Shown here: piece after piece, positions 15,080-27,565 of the stretch
Numbering within the stretch: the stretch's first letter is position 1
Layout of the letters: every line of letters begins with the position of its first letter
DNA from: Trichoplax sp. H2
Lineage: Eukaryota
Direction of reading: 5' to 3'
Length of the DNA stretch: 64,000 nucleotides
Assembly: GCA_003344405.1 (NCBI GenBank)
Contig: NOWV01000001.1
Location: 1-64,000, forward strand
The notes under the pieces: generated by a model
What the model saw: the letters and a program-made list of their open reading frames with translations, nothing else
Told to the model about the DNA's origin: nothing
Databases searched by the model: none
Program-made: the position numbers and the translations under genes

Positions 15080-16600
15080 AGTACAGTGTACAGTACAGTA
15101 CAATACTGTAGACGAGACCGTTTGGATTGAAGCTGATAGTACAGTACTGTAAAGTACAGTACTGTACACTGTACAGTGGGTAGTAGGTACTGTAATCAGG
15201 ACACTCTGTCGTCGCGGTCATCCAGATAGAAACGCAGATCTCGATCGTAGCGGTGTATCACTTTGTATCACGTGAGTTTTCTATGGTGTAGTGTACCGTG
15301 TACGGTACAGTAAAAAGTACTGGCGTTTCTACTACAGTACAGTACTGTACTGTACACTGTACACGACACTAGAGCTGGTTCACCTACAGTGTACAGTATG
15401 TCCAGTGTACAGTACAGTGTACTGTACTGGAAAACAGAAATTTAACTACGGATTCGAAATCTTCAACTAATGGCACTATCGTTTGAATTACTTTTTACAT
15501 GATTTGGTCAATATTAAAGCATTTACAGTACTTATTTATTTAATAATCTGGAACGAAAAAGATCACGCCGACGTGATCCAATTCATTGGCTATTGCAATT
15601 TTTGACCATCAATTTGTACAAAATTGATGGTCAATGTACAGTATATCTGCATACGAAGGTTGATCACGATTGGTCTTTTTTTTTTTAGCGTTTTCCCAAT
15701 AGTTTTTCCCATTCAAATATATGGAAGAAAATGGATGACAATCTGTACAGTACTTGCCGCCCAGCTAGTAAAAAGCTGTGCTATTAGACACCGGTGAACC
15801 AGCTCTAGTGCATAAGTGCACGTACACTGGACATCGGTGAATCAGCTGCAGTGTCGTGTCCAGTGTACAGTACAGTGTACAGTTTCAGTACAGTACACTG
15901 TACAGGACTGTACTGTACTGTACAGTGGAATCGGTGAACCAGCTCTAGTGTCGTGCACAGTGTACAGTTCCAGTACAGTGCACTGTACAGGATTGTACTG
16001 TACACGACACTAGAGCTGGTTCACCGATTCCACTGTACAGTGTATAGTACAGTAATGTACAGTGTACAGTACCGTATACAGTACAGTACAGTACAGTAGA
16101 TTGAAGCGGTCTGCTACATCAACTTCACCAATGACGAGTCTATCATTGCAGCCGTTTTTGCATGTTTTAAAATCCAAAATTGACAAGATTGTACAGTAAA
16201 TAAGCGCATACAATATACCATCATATACAGTGACAATTGGAAATTTGAAACGACCTTAGTTTCGTCATTGTACTTTGAACACCTCTAGCTTATTTCTAGG
16301 GCAAATGATGAATAAGAATTTGGTTAGCNNNNNNNNNNNNNNNNNNNNAACCCCGATTACTCAGATACTCAGCGTAAATATAATGTATCATCGTTTAAGC
16401 TATTTACGCTGAGTATCTGAGTAATCGGGGTTATTATGGCTGGGCCTACTGTACACTGTGTCGTGTACAGTTCCAGTACAGTGCACTGTACAGGATTGTA
16501 CTGTACACGACACTAGAGCTGGTTCACCGATTCCACTGTACAGTGTATAGTACAGTAATGTACAGTGTACAGTACCGTATACAGTACAGTACAGTACAGT
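15080..16600. repeat. TACAG/CTGTA repeat tract containing several inverted copies of a 23-nt motif (CACGACACTAGAGCTGGTTCACC)
   Basis: Motif at 15362-15384 (+), 15793-15810 (- partial), 15933-15955 (-), 16003-16025 (+) and 16506-16528 (+), embedded in pentamer repeats. Confidence 0.8.
16329..16348. other. Assembly gap (20 N) flanked by a ~369-bp direct duplication (15960-16328 = 16463-16831)
   Basis: N run; identical sequence at offset 503, including twin 67-aa ORFs 16010-16213 and 16513-16716. Confidence 0.9.
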
Positions 16601-18670
16601 AGATTGAAGCGGTCTGCTACATCAACTTCACCAATGACGAGTCTATCATTGCAGCCGTTTTTGCATGTTTTAAAATCCAAAATTGACAAGATTGTACAGT
16701 AAATAAGCGCATACAATATACCATCATATACAGTGACAATTGGAAATTTGAAACGACCTTAGTTTCGTCATTGTACTTTGAACACCTCTAGCTTATTTCT
16801 AGGGCAAATGATGAATAAGAATTTGGTTAGCGTATTCAGCAAGTGGAGAGCTTACGTTATCAACTGATAGGCCTTTTTGCCAACTAGGTATACAGTACTG
16901 TACAGTAATTTGCCTCCATATTCACACAATGAATAGTTGCTTGTTTTCCTGTACAACAACTCAATCCAAATGTGCTTTAGGAAAAAATAGTCACAGTTGT
17001 ATTAGTGCAAGAAATTTGATCACCATTTATCCAGGAGAATATTTTGGACGTTCCAAGAGAGTTGGACAGAGTAGCCCCTGTTATTTTATACAGTTGTAAC
17101 GAGTAGCATCACAACGACAGTAATGTAAATCCTATTGAACGTACGCTAAGATAGATTGCATACTGTATATGACTCCTTTACACTTGCAAGTAAAATAATG
17201 GATTTAAATCAACTGTAAATCATTAAAATACTTGCTGATTAATGGATTATATCAAGAAAACAAGCGTTAATCAACCTTAACAGATAATTCCATAAAGTAC
17301 TTACACTTACAGAAGTCAGTATGATAACTGTCATAGTTCTTTATTCCCTTCGCATAACACTTAATACTCGATAGCACACATATACACGTAGTAGTATCAC
17401 AGCAACACTACGCTTTATAGTATTATACCTCACATGAAAAAACCTACTGCAATATGGAACAAATACTCACTACCGCCAATGGTAAGCGCTACGTACAGTA
17501 CTGTAAGCGAGGAAAAGCATCGGTAATAAATGATCCAATACAGTATATATCAGGAGAATACTGACATAGTCATTAAACTAATGATATAATAATAATCTCA
17601 CTACTCATATATAAATGCTGTGCATATTTGATTGTGAGAAGGTAAAATGATGAATTACAGTACATCCATTTCGAGAAATACCAATGCGTTGTTCCGTGTA
17701 TTATAGAATTACCGTACCAATGTATAATAACTATCAACTTACGCATATAATATAGAATCATCGCTAATATAACTAGAAAATCTAAAATACTTGCATGTTA
17801 CACACTCATGGTACACATGACATTGAATATGGAGATATAGGGCAATTTTTCATCGGTTAAGTGCTTTTAAAGGCCGATGTGACATGGTAAGAATAGCATA
17901 GAATCATCTTAAGCTCACAATGCGCTAATAAATGTTATGATGTTATGTTACATTATCGGTGCGATCCCTGAGAAGAGCAATACTTAGACTTAACACAATA
18001 TTCTAGCTAGATCCTCTTCAATTTTAACGATATTCTTCTTTCAAAAAATATATACTCGTATATATATATATTAATTCAATGATACGTACCAGTACAAATA
18101 GACTGATCTATTGTTAGTATCTATATAACCTAAAGTGCTGATTAGACTAGTCCCACAGGCGAAGCTCTACTTTAAGTTGATTTACAGTACAAACAAGATC
18201 ACCATTAAATAAGGGAGGCCTTTTAAGTAGAAGATTTATATTTCCTATCTAGTTGTCACTATCAACATTTATATGGCTATATTAGTAACTATTTCAAAAG
18301 AATGATATGAAAAATGGAAGCCCTATAAATTGCATTATCGTATTAAGAATTTAGAACAATCATAAAATAGAAATACTAGTATATTATCTTCTGAAAGATA
18401 ACAAGCTAATACCAATTTTGCAACAGATCGCGCAAGATAATTTAATAATGTTTTACATATCAGCATAATTTACACAAAAATGTAAATCATAGCAATAGTA
18501 CACTTTGTACCCTATATAGAAGATGATGGACAAGTAACAGTTACTAAAAGTTTGCAATGACTTGATTGTAGTTATAACTGCTACTATACAGTATATTGTC
18601 CTTCTCAATTTATCTTGAATTTGCTTTTTTACATGAAATTCGAAAATTTTATATAAAATTGAACAATCAA

Positions 18671-21600
18671 TTACCCTTGGTCTTGGTAATTACTAGTATC
18701 AGTTTGAAAGAAATCTTCTAGTTGCCAATGCAAGGTTTCAAAAGTTGGCCTGTCTTCTGGTTCAACCTTCCAGCATGAGGCCATAATTTCGTAAAGAGCA
18801 TCGGGAGCATTACTCATCTTAGGCATTCGATATCCGTTGTCTACTTGCTGTAACACCTCTGCGTTAGTCATACCCGGATACGGATGCCTACCATGTGTTA
18901 TTAGTTCCGTTAGAAAGATACCAAACGACCAGACATCAGATTTACTACTAAATTTGCCGTCTAAAGCTGCTTCTGGTGCTGTCCATTTGATTGGAAATTT
19001 AACATTTTCTTCAGAATTGGCATTATAGAGATCTTCGCGAGCAAGACCAAAATCTGCTATCTTACAATTTAATTCTTTACCGACTAAAACATTTTGAGCT
19101 CTCAAATCTCGATGAATATAGTTTTGAGATTCAAGGTATACCATTCCTGATGACACTTGAGTAGCAATATCAACTAGCTGGGGTAATTTTAAATCAACTT
19201 TATCCCTGCGCAGGTATTCCAATAGATTTCCTTCCGGCATTAATTCGGCGATTATATAAATAGGTTCTTCTCGTGTACAAACGGCGTACAGTTGAACTAA
19301 TTTTGGATGACGTAACCTTTTCATAATAGCTGCTTCTTTCAAGAATGATTCTGTCGACATACTACCCGCTTTCATTTGTTTAACCGCCACTGGTGTAGTT
19401 TTATTCCATAGTCCCTCCCATACTTCACCGAATGCTCCATGCCCTAATTTCTTTTTCAGTTTTAAAGAGCTTCTATCAATCTCCCATTTATCCCAATGAT
19501 CATGCGACAATCCGTAAGGTGTAGGTTTTTGTTGCTAAAAATCAAATTTGAAGACTTGATCACTACGTCATAAGTTAAACTAATCAATTTGTTTCTTTTA
19601 ACATTATCTCAAGTGTAAAATTGAAGATTAAGCGATTAAATAACTTTCTAAATAAATAAATAAGATTAGGAAAATCGCAATGCTTCGTAAAACCGCAATA
19701 CTGTATATGTGTCAACAAAAATTTCACTCAAAGAATAAGAGAAGCATAATTTATGAAAGTTTAACCGCAGCGTAGAAAAATTACATTTTAAAATTAAAAA
19801 CAATCTTCAATCCAACGTTATCTGTTATTAATACTGACCGTCAGGCATGGATTCTTCAAAGTAGTGCACAGTCCATCTGCACTTTTGTTGTGATGTTTAA
19901 CCAAATCTGGCAATGTCAGAAAGGAAATATTTGGAGCAACAAAATATTCTCCTTTATCTTTACGCCGTATCCGAAAGTGCTTTATGTTATTCTGATCACG
20001 TACAGACAACGCATATCCTCCACGATGACTTTCACTTTTTCGAATTAAGAATGATCCAACGCCATTTCCTTCTAGTAATAACGATTTTTCTGCCGTTGTA
20101 CGTTTAATATCGCCAAAGTACCATCTATCACGTAATATAAGCGATAACGATAGCTTAATAACATAACTGAATTTGGGCTAATAATATTGACAATAAAACG
20201 AGAGCAAATGGCAGTAATCTTAAAACTACTAGCTGATGTCAAAGTAATCAAACCTAATAATTTATAGTATATAATAAAGTAATTTATTTACTGGATAGTA
20301 GCACGTACTGTTATCGTTTAATAGAGCATAATCAGTAAATTGTGCTGCATCTGTACGATATCTCAATGGCTAATATTACTGGCAATAGCTATCAATGTCG
20401 ATTCTAATGTTCACTACTGCAATACAATCCCGCAGTTCATTCCTATAAATATTACAATAAATATCTTTCTTCATTGAATTGTAACTTCAACTTTGGTAGA
20501 ATTTATTAATTAATGTATTTCATTAATATAAGATTATTAATTATCCAGTACTTTGTTCTTCCCATCAGTTAGTTTTCTATCTCAATTAAAATCTCACAAA
20601 AGTTCTAGGATCACCTTTACGCCCTCAATCTATATTTATTCTAGCAGAATGTTATTAAGTTTACACGTTGAAGAAGTAGTATAATTTTATTACTGATCAA
20701 CGCGATTATAGAAGCAGAGATACGGCTATGCATATCGGAGATTTTATCTATCACAGTTTAGGTGTAGTTACAGTTTTACCACTAAATCAGCTAACGATAT
20801 TATTGTTACGTTCAGTTTGTGAACAATATTAAAATCACTGAAGCAATCAGCAAACATGATAGGTGTGTACTGTTAATTTTCACTTCATGAATGTCATTAA
20901 AATCACTGAAGGAATTAGCGATAACAGGACAAGTTCATAGTTATGTAAAGAATCAGCCCGAATAACTTATCAATTGCCACACCTTCATGTAAGCACCATA
21001 CAGTCATAAGGATACTCGTAGAGTTAATAGTAAAATTTAATTTATCGTCAGTATGCAATTCTATATCCTACTAACATGAAATTGAAATTTGTCGTAAGAT
21101 CGGGTCCCAATCCATTAATTACAATTCAACGGTTAGATGCACAGAAAAAACTTGCTTTATCTACAGATGCGTTGAAGTTTTTTATTCCCGATCGCGTTTT
21201 TCTCGTACTCCATAGTTTTTAATACAGGCAGTCAAGTGAATGTCTCCGTTACTACCGCAGCATATTAAAATTAAAACTATATCTCGCCCGTGACATTTTG
21301 CGTGAATGATCGCTTATTATACTAAATATTTTTTTTTATACTGAGTCTATGTAATATTAGACATTGTACATGTACTTATTTACGGTAATGCTTTTGATAG
21401 ACTAATTTTCTATGATTTTCTAACTGGTACTTATCCTTCATTACAACAATAGTAAATTAACTTCTTTTCTAGAGTCTTCATCATTATCCGTTAAGGTCGT
21501 CACGCAACAGTAATACTGTCCATTATTACAATGTAGCATAATTTACAATTCCGTAACATTAAATCTTTTCATATAATGGTAAGAGTTAATTAATAATGAG

Positions 21601-23413
21601 GAAAATTAAATGACTATATCGTAAATAAGATAATAGCAAGTATCAAGTAACTTTGTTACAAGAATTAAAGACTGGCTTAGAGCGTCATCTTAATAATCAA
21701 CTATAATTATAATATAATGCAAGGCATGAAGTATTGTAGTCTACTGATCCGTGAATGTTTCAAATGTAAAAAATAAATTTGTCTCGTGAACATCAGTTAC
21801 AACCAAAGGTCAATAAGGAATATAGCTAGCAAAGCCCATTGACAAATTTTTAAACGTATAATATGTTAGTTACAGTTGACTACAGTTTCTAGAATACCGA
21901 AAGTAGTCCCATGTGGTGCCATATCCTATGCACTGCTTTGTGTATTGGCAACTTTCCTTTCAACTGTAGTGCGATTTTAGGCTATCAGGATTATATTTTA
22001 CGCACTGCTAGCAATTTTATCTCATGCACTTCAGATTATTGCCGATTTTACGCTTAAAAACAGACATTATGTTTGAACTTCATATTTTAGTAACATAAAT
22101 GGAAGGCGCAATATGCGTGCCGTAAAACACAAAGACGACAAAAAGAAAATAAATAGCAATGCAGTATATGCGTACGTGTATCGTATTCATTAAGTCAACC
22201 TGCAACCCTTCGTAGTAGCGTTGCTACCATTGAAAGTTATTAATCTAAGCAATTTAGTAACAAGATAAAATTTTAGACTACATACATGACATAAAATTAA
22301 TAAAGTTTTTTAAAGATTTCGATTTCAGAAAGTATACAATATAATAATCAGTAAAAACAAGAATGGAGTACCATACATAAGGTAGCAATGACATGAAGTA
22401 CAGACTCGTGTGTAGTTTCACTAGAAAGTGTACGAATAAAGTACGTATAGTATTGCAGCACCGTGTGCATTGCGAATCTAGCGCGTCCTATTTTATATCA
22501 TATCAAATGTTGAGTAAGGCACAGCACATAAAATCAAGGGTAATCATGATCCTCACAATTTTCCTATGCTTTACAAATGTCATGTCAAGCTATAAAATAT
22601 AATCTAGAAGACCATAAACTTCGTTATCTATTCAAGGATACTATTACGCCATTATTTTCGTTTACTGTACTCTAAAAATGCTAAAGTTGACATTTATACT
22701 GCAAGCGTAGTGTTTCTCTTACAGCTGGTTCTTCCAGTAATCATGATAAAGTAGGATTCCTTGAAAACATGTATGAGCCAATATGTGAAATAATACGCTA
22801 CAAAAAGGACCATCGTAAATGCACTGACTGAAGTACAGCACATCGTATGCACAACACTATCTTACGCTATTGTGTCCACTGAACTTCCGTTTACTTACTT
22901 AATATTTTATCGTTGATGTCTAGATACTATTTACCATTGCCATAATCATATTTTACTATATTTTCAGAATTCTGCCAGCTTAATGCTCGCAGTAAATTAA
23001 TAACTGAAGAATTATTGTAAATGCCTATTAACTTACGGTTTTGCTTCCAAGGAAGTAATCTCGGCAACGAAATTACGTGGAATAAAGCCAATATTTTTCG
23101 TCCGGATAGAACGAGCAGACCACCAATCTTGATTAGATTGCGCAGTTTTAGTAGCAACCTCCATTTGATCACCAGCTTTAAATGATAAATCGTTTTTCGT
23201 ACGGGCCTCATAATCGTAAAGAGCAATCACAATTGTTTTGGGTTCTTCTGGTTTGAGCTTTTCCTGCTTAGTTTTAACTTCACCAGGAACACCGGTGAGT
23301 GGCGGCGGCGTCACATCAGTTAATGCTTGAGAATTTCTCCCATTTGCATTTTGTTGTTTTATACCTTTGTTATCCTCAGGAGAAGGATTATTACGACCCA
23401 GGCAATTGCCCAT
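18671..23413 (-). CDS. Src-family tyrosine kinase paralog C; exons 23037-23413, 19839-20124, 18671-19534 (508 aa)
   Basis: MGNCLG N-terminus; SH3 ([15 protein letters not shown]); SH2 ([20 protein letters not shown]); kinase ([31 protein letters not shown]); C-terminal Tyr (SNYQDQG); canonical splice sites give an open 1527-nt CDS. Confidence 0.93.
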
Positions 23414-25119
23414 AATAATTAATTACTGAAAATATACTTTTAATTCAAGAAGTACTCCTAATATGTGGAAAAGTTACTGCTTCAATGTATGAAATATCAC
23501 CGTTGCACGACTTGACAGTAATGAACTGTACGAGTGATCAACTAGAATTTCCGGCGACATACAATCTTACATTTAAAGTATGATAACGTGTGGGTTGTCT
23601 CAGCCTTAAAATCTAATTTGTATTCTTAACAAACTTTCAATTTCTTTGTGTTATACCAGTTATTCACACACAGCCATAGCGAAATCTCATTGAGTTTCTT
23701 CAGTTAGTAATCTGAAATGGAGTTCCAAGTTCACCGTTAATTCACTTCTTACAAGAATCTTTTCGATATTTATTCGCATTGACTGTATTCGTGCAGCTTT
23801 GGTCCTACGATACAGTACTTTTATAACTGTTTACAGTGTATTGTATGCATTGTGATAGAATTATTTATGCAGTATATAGTACTAATTTGCTAAGGTCCGT
23901 TACAGTATTATTTATATATTAGCAGTGCCGCGTTTTGGATATAGCAATTATCGTACGGTAAAACCTGATACATACAATATACCAAATGTACATCCCAGTT
24001 CTTCTACATGTCCGATGTAAAATATATTAGGATTAAGCAGTATAGTAGTAACACAATGTACAAGGCTATACACTGTATACAGCCTATGCAGGATTATTCT
24101 GCAGAATAGTTATAGTATTCTAAATTGATTATAGGGAAAATTTTACACGATTTACGCAATTTAGAAACAGCATACTGTATATCCATAGCACTACCATGGC
24201 ACTACTGTACAATAGTATACCGTTTATGCGTATATCAATATACAGTACTTTACGGGTAATGAGGTATGATGCATATGTTATCTTACTATTTTTTTAGGCG
24301 TTTACCGAATTACTGAACAAGAATTGAGGGCGTGCCATGGAGAGACTCACCTTGCTGTCTTCTATTATAGACTACTAAATATATATCTGGCAGTCCATAA
24401 TTCTATGCATACAAATGAAAATGAATCTACTGTAATTTTATCGTTCCACTAGTGCTATTACCGTATACTATTCAAATTGAAGTTTAACAATTATTGTATC
24501 TTCAACGATTAGTCCAAGGTTGATGAATACATTGCTGTTGTTCGATGAGATTATTATTCTACGAATAGGTCATGTGCGAGGTCTTATAGTAGATCCAAGA
24601 TTACGTAAGGTGTCATTTAACGGAAGTGCAGGACTTACATCTACGAAACAATGAGACCTAAGTGAGTCTATGAGCATGGGTACGACTGGTCTTATTACAG
24701 CCGTTTATGATACAATTTTTAGTCAGATTTCTCGATCGATAAATGATATACATCATACAGTATTCATTCCCTGTATATACGACTTTAGCTATCCTCTTTA
24801 TATAAAAAAAAGAGAACGTTATTAAATATAATTATAGTATACGCTACTACAGTATTCGTATACTGTTCGTATTTTACCCGTACAATAAATAAAATAGAAG
24901 GGAGATCGCCAGCAAAGTGAGGGGGGCGGGAATATTTGCCTGTGTGAATAAATTCACTTCCGTTTATCATTTTTCGCTAGTGTACTATGATTATAACATT
25001 AATGGACATGTGTGATTATCTTCCTTCTTTTATTATCGGACAAGTAGAATTCTACGCAATATGATGATTGGTAAATTCTAGACTTGAACTATACAGCATT
25101 TACAGAAGAAGTTCTTAAA

Positions 25120-25640
25120 AGTACTACACTGAGTTACAGTGTACAGCATATACTGTGCTGTATATAGTGTACACTGTATAGTTTGATAGAGATTTTGGGT
25201 AATGAAAGAAAAAAAGGGTTCTACTGTAGTAGGATAGAGTACTGCAAACTCGTAAGTCGCCGTAATGTTATGTCTAGCTGACAAGGATTATGTGGACAGG
25301 CTGAGGATGAAGGAAGGAGTTTTATTGACAGTTAATTTGCTGATGGTTAGTCTAGCAGTCAGCAGCACAGAAAAGAAAGTAATACTGTACTGTACTGTAC
25401 AGTGTAATGTTAATCGTAGTAAGGCATTAGATGTACTGTACTGTACTGTACTGTACATGTGCATTAGATTAGTTGTCTCTGATTGGCTATCATACTGTTC
25501 TGGTACTGTACAGTACAGTACATTGTGTACAGTACTATACTGTATATATACAGTACATACTACTGTGCTATACTGTACTGTACTGTACTGTACTGTACAG
25601 TATAACATAACATAAATAAGACGTAGTTACAGTACGGTAC
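25120..25640. repeat. TACAG/CTGTA repeat tract
   Basis: Runs such as tactgtactgtactgtactgtactgtacag at 25571-25600. Confidence 0.85.
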
Positions 25641-25732
25641 TGAAGTTGCTGAAAAGAGAACGGCTCACAGTATGATACCAGCTGCAAACATGCTAGCAGG
25701 AGTAACCGCGTACAGTTTGTTGGTAATCAATC

Positions 25733-25746
25733 AACACCATGGTAAC
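25733..25746. promoter_or_regulatory. X-box-like (RFX) motif, imperfect
   Basis: AACACCATGGTAAC (reverse complement GTTACCATGGTGTT), ~55 bp upstream of the C8orf74-like ATG. Confidence 0.4.
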
Positions 25747-25799
25747 TCACTTAATGTGTGAGGCAAGTTGTGCCAGCAATTTATAGTCTTCTACTAGCT

Positions 25800-26885
25800 A
25801 TGGATGCTTCGAAAAAAATTCATGTTATTAACAACCAGCAACTAAAACAACTAGCTGATTTACCTAAGCATGAAAGCAGATTAGCACTTGCCAAAGCGCT
25901 ACATATGAAAGAATTCGACGAAGAAGACGATCTCAGAAGCTCTATTATTGCCGACTTTCACTATAATAACATGATCTACGCGGTCGATAAAGGCCTTCCA
26001 TGGTCAATAGTCAATGTATTTGTCATGCTAGCGAAAGATATCCTAGAGCAATCTGCCGGTAAGACTTTTAAAAACAGAATAGCTTTTTGAACTATCATTA
26101 CTTTCCTAGGCAAAAGTGTAATCCTTACAGTTTTAAATTAGATGAACATACTATTTACTTGAAAGCGGTATACGCGTATATTATACACTACTGTCAATTC
26201 TGATTCTGACATCTTGTCATGCAGGCATCACAACTTGAGATGATATTTTTAATGTCCAAGCTGTGTTATTCAGAGTATTATGAATATATTTATTGCAGGG
26301 AAAACGTTACCACAAAGTCTAACAATTTTTAAACGAAAACTTTCCGAAATCGCAAATTGTTCTAATAAATTGAATATACAGCATTTAATTGATCACATGC
26401 TCCAAACGTACTATCAACATTATCAATTATACCAGTATGTTACTTCGGAAAATCAGAAAGAAGAAAGAACTAAGCTTAAACTAGATATTGAACCCGTACT
26501 ATCCAATCCTGTGGCTTTCAGTTCTGGTATCCCATTAGAGAAATGGGAATATAACCGAGATATATCCGCAATTGAAAAAGCTGAACGTGAAAGAAGAGAC
26601 AAAAGAACGGTCAAACGTATTGTTGCTGAGAAGCAAACCACTAAAGATGTTAACCGGCCGTTTGAAAAGTATGAAAGTAATGATGAATGCTTAACGGAAG
26701 AAAACATTGCTGACTTAATTGCAGAAGCGGCCTCCGCTTATGTTACAGCATTCAAAGATAGATTGATAGAAAATATTGAAGAATCACGGGAAAATCTAGA
26801 ATATAGGTTATCCAAAGCTGCCCGCGGTCCTCCACCAAAATCAGCAAAAATTTCCAATGGAAGAGTTAGATCATCACGTAGATGA
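25800..26885 (+). CDS. C8orf74: C8orf74-like (CLAMP/flagellar C1a-32 domain) protein; exons 25800-26058, 26299-26885 (281 aa)
   Basis: DLRSSIIADFHYNNMIYAVDKGLPWS and TYYQHYQLYQYV motifs recalled as typical of C8orf74/CLAMP; a phase-1 GT-AG intron joins the two ORFs in frame. Confidence 0.75.
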
Positions 26886-27565
26886 TTGGCGTATAAAATT
26901 CTAACCTTTATAATGCATTATTATATTTCAAATTAATTGAGCAATCTGCTAAGTTAGAAACAGAACATGCTATCATATTCTTGTATCGCTTTTATCAAAA
27001 TCGACACTGCTTAAAAATTGGCACTTTGTAATACCTCATGAAATTAATAGCCACAATGATACTGTGTATAGATGATCATCATTTTAACTTGTTTATCCTA
27101 TGCTGATTATCTACTAGTCTACTTTTATGTGAGGAGATGAATCATTTTTAACTCCCAACGAATCTTGTATCTTACTAATATGAGCCTAATTATGGAACTT
27201 ATGATATATGTATGATAAATAGTTCATGTTTTCCTTAGTTAAATATATTTAATTAATTGTTTTAAAAGCAAAAATAGACGCCTAAATGTTCATTGTACTA
27301 TATATATATATATTTATATAGGTGATTAAATTAGATGCCCATACCAAACAATCTCTCCGTGTCAAAATGTCAGTTATTTATTAAAAAAATTTTCAATGAG
27401 TGAAAATCGGTTAAATATTTACAAAATCATATAATGATAACAGTTTAATTCAAGTTTTTGAACTTTTATAAGCGTATTATATCCTTTGAATAAAAGAGTT
27501 ATATTTACATTGACAGCATTTATTAATCAGCCTGAACTTGTCGACAGATTAATCGAAGTCGAAAA

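Noticed and set aside
15960-16831. 369-bp direct duplication as a real tandem duplication or LTR pair
   Set aside because: Identical copies straddle an N gap, typical of unmerged overlapping contig ends or haplotypes
24299-24640. Short exon-like frames on both strands upstream of Src paralog C
   Set aside because: Interrupted by stops and no recognisable homology
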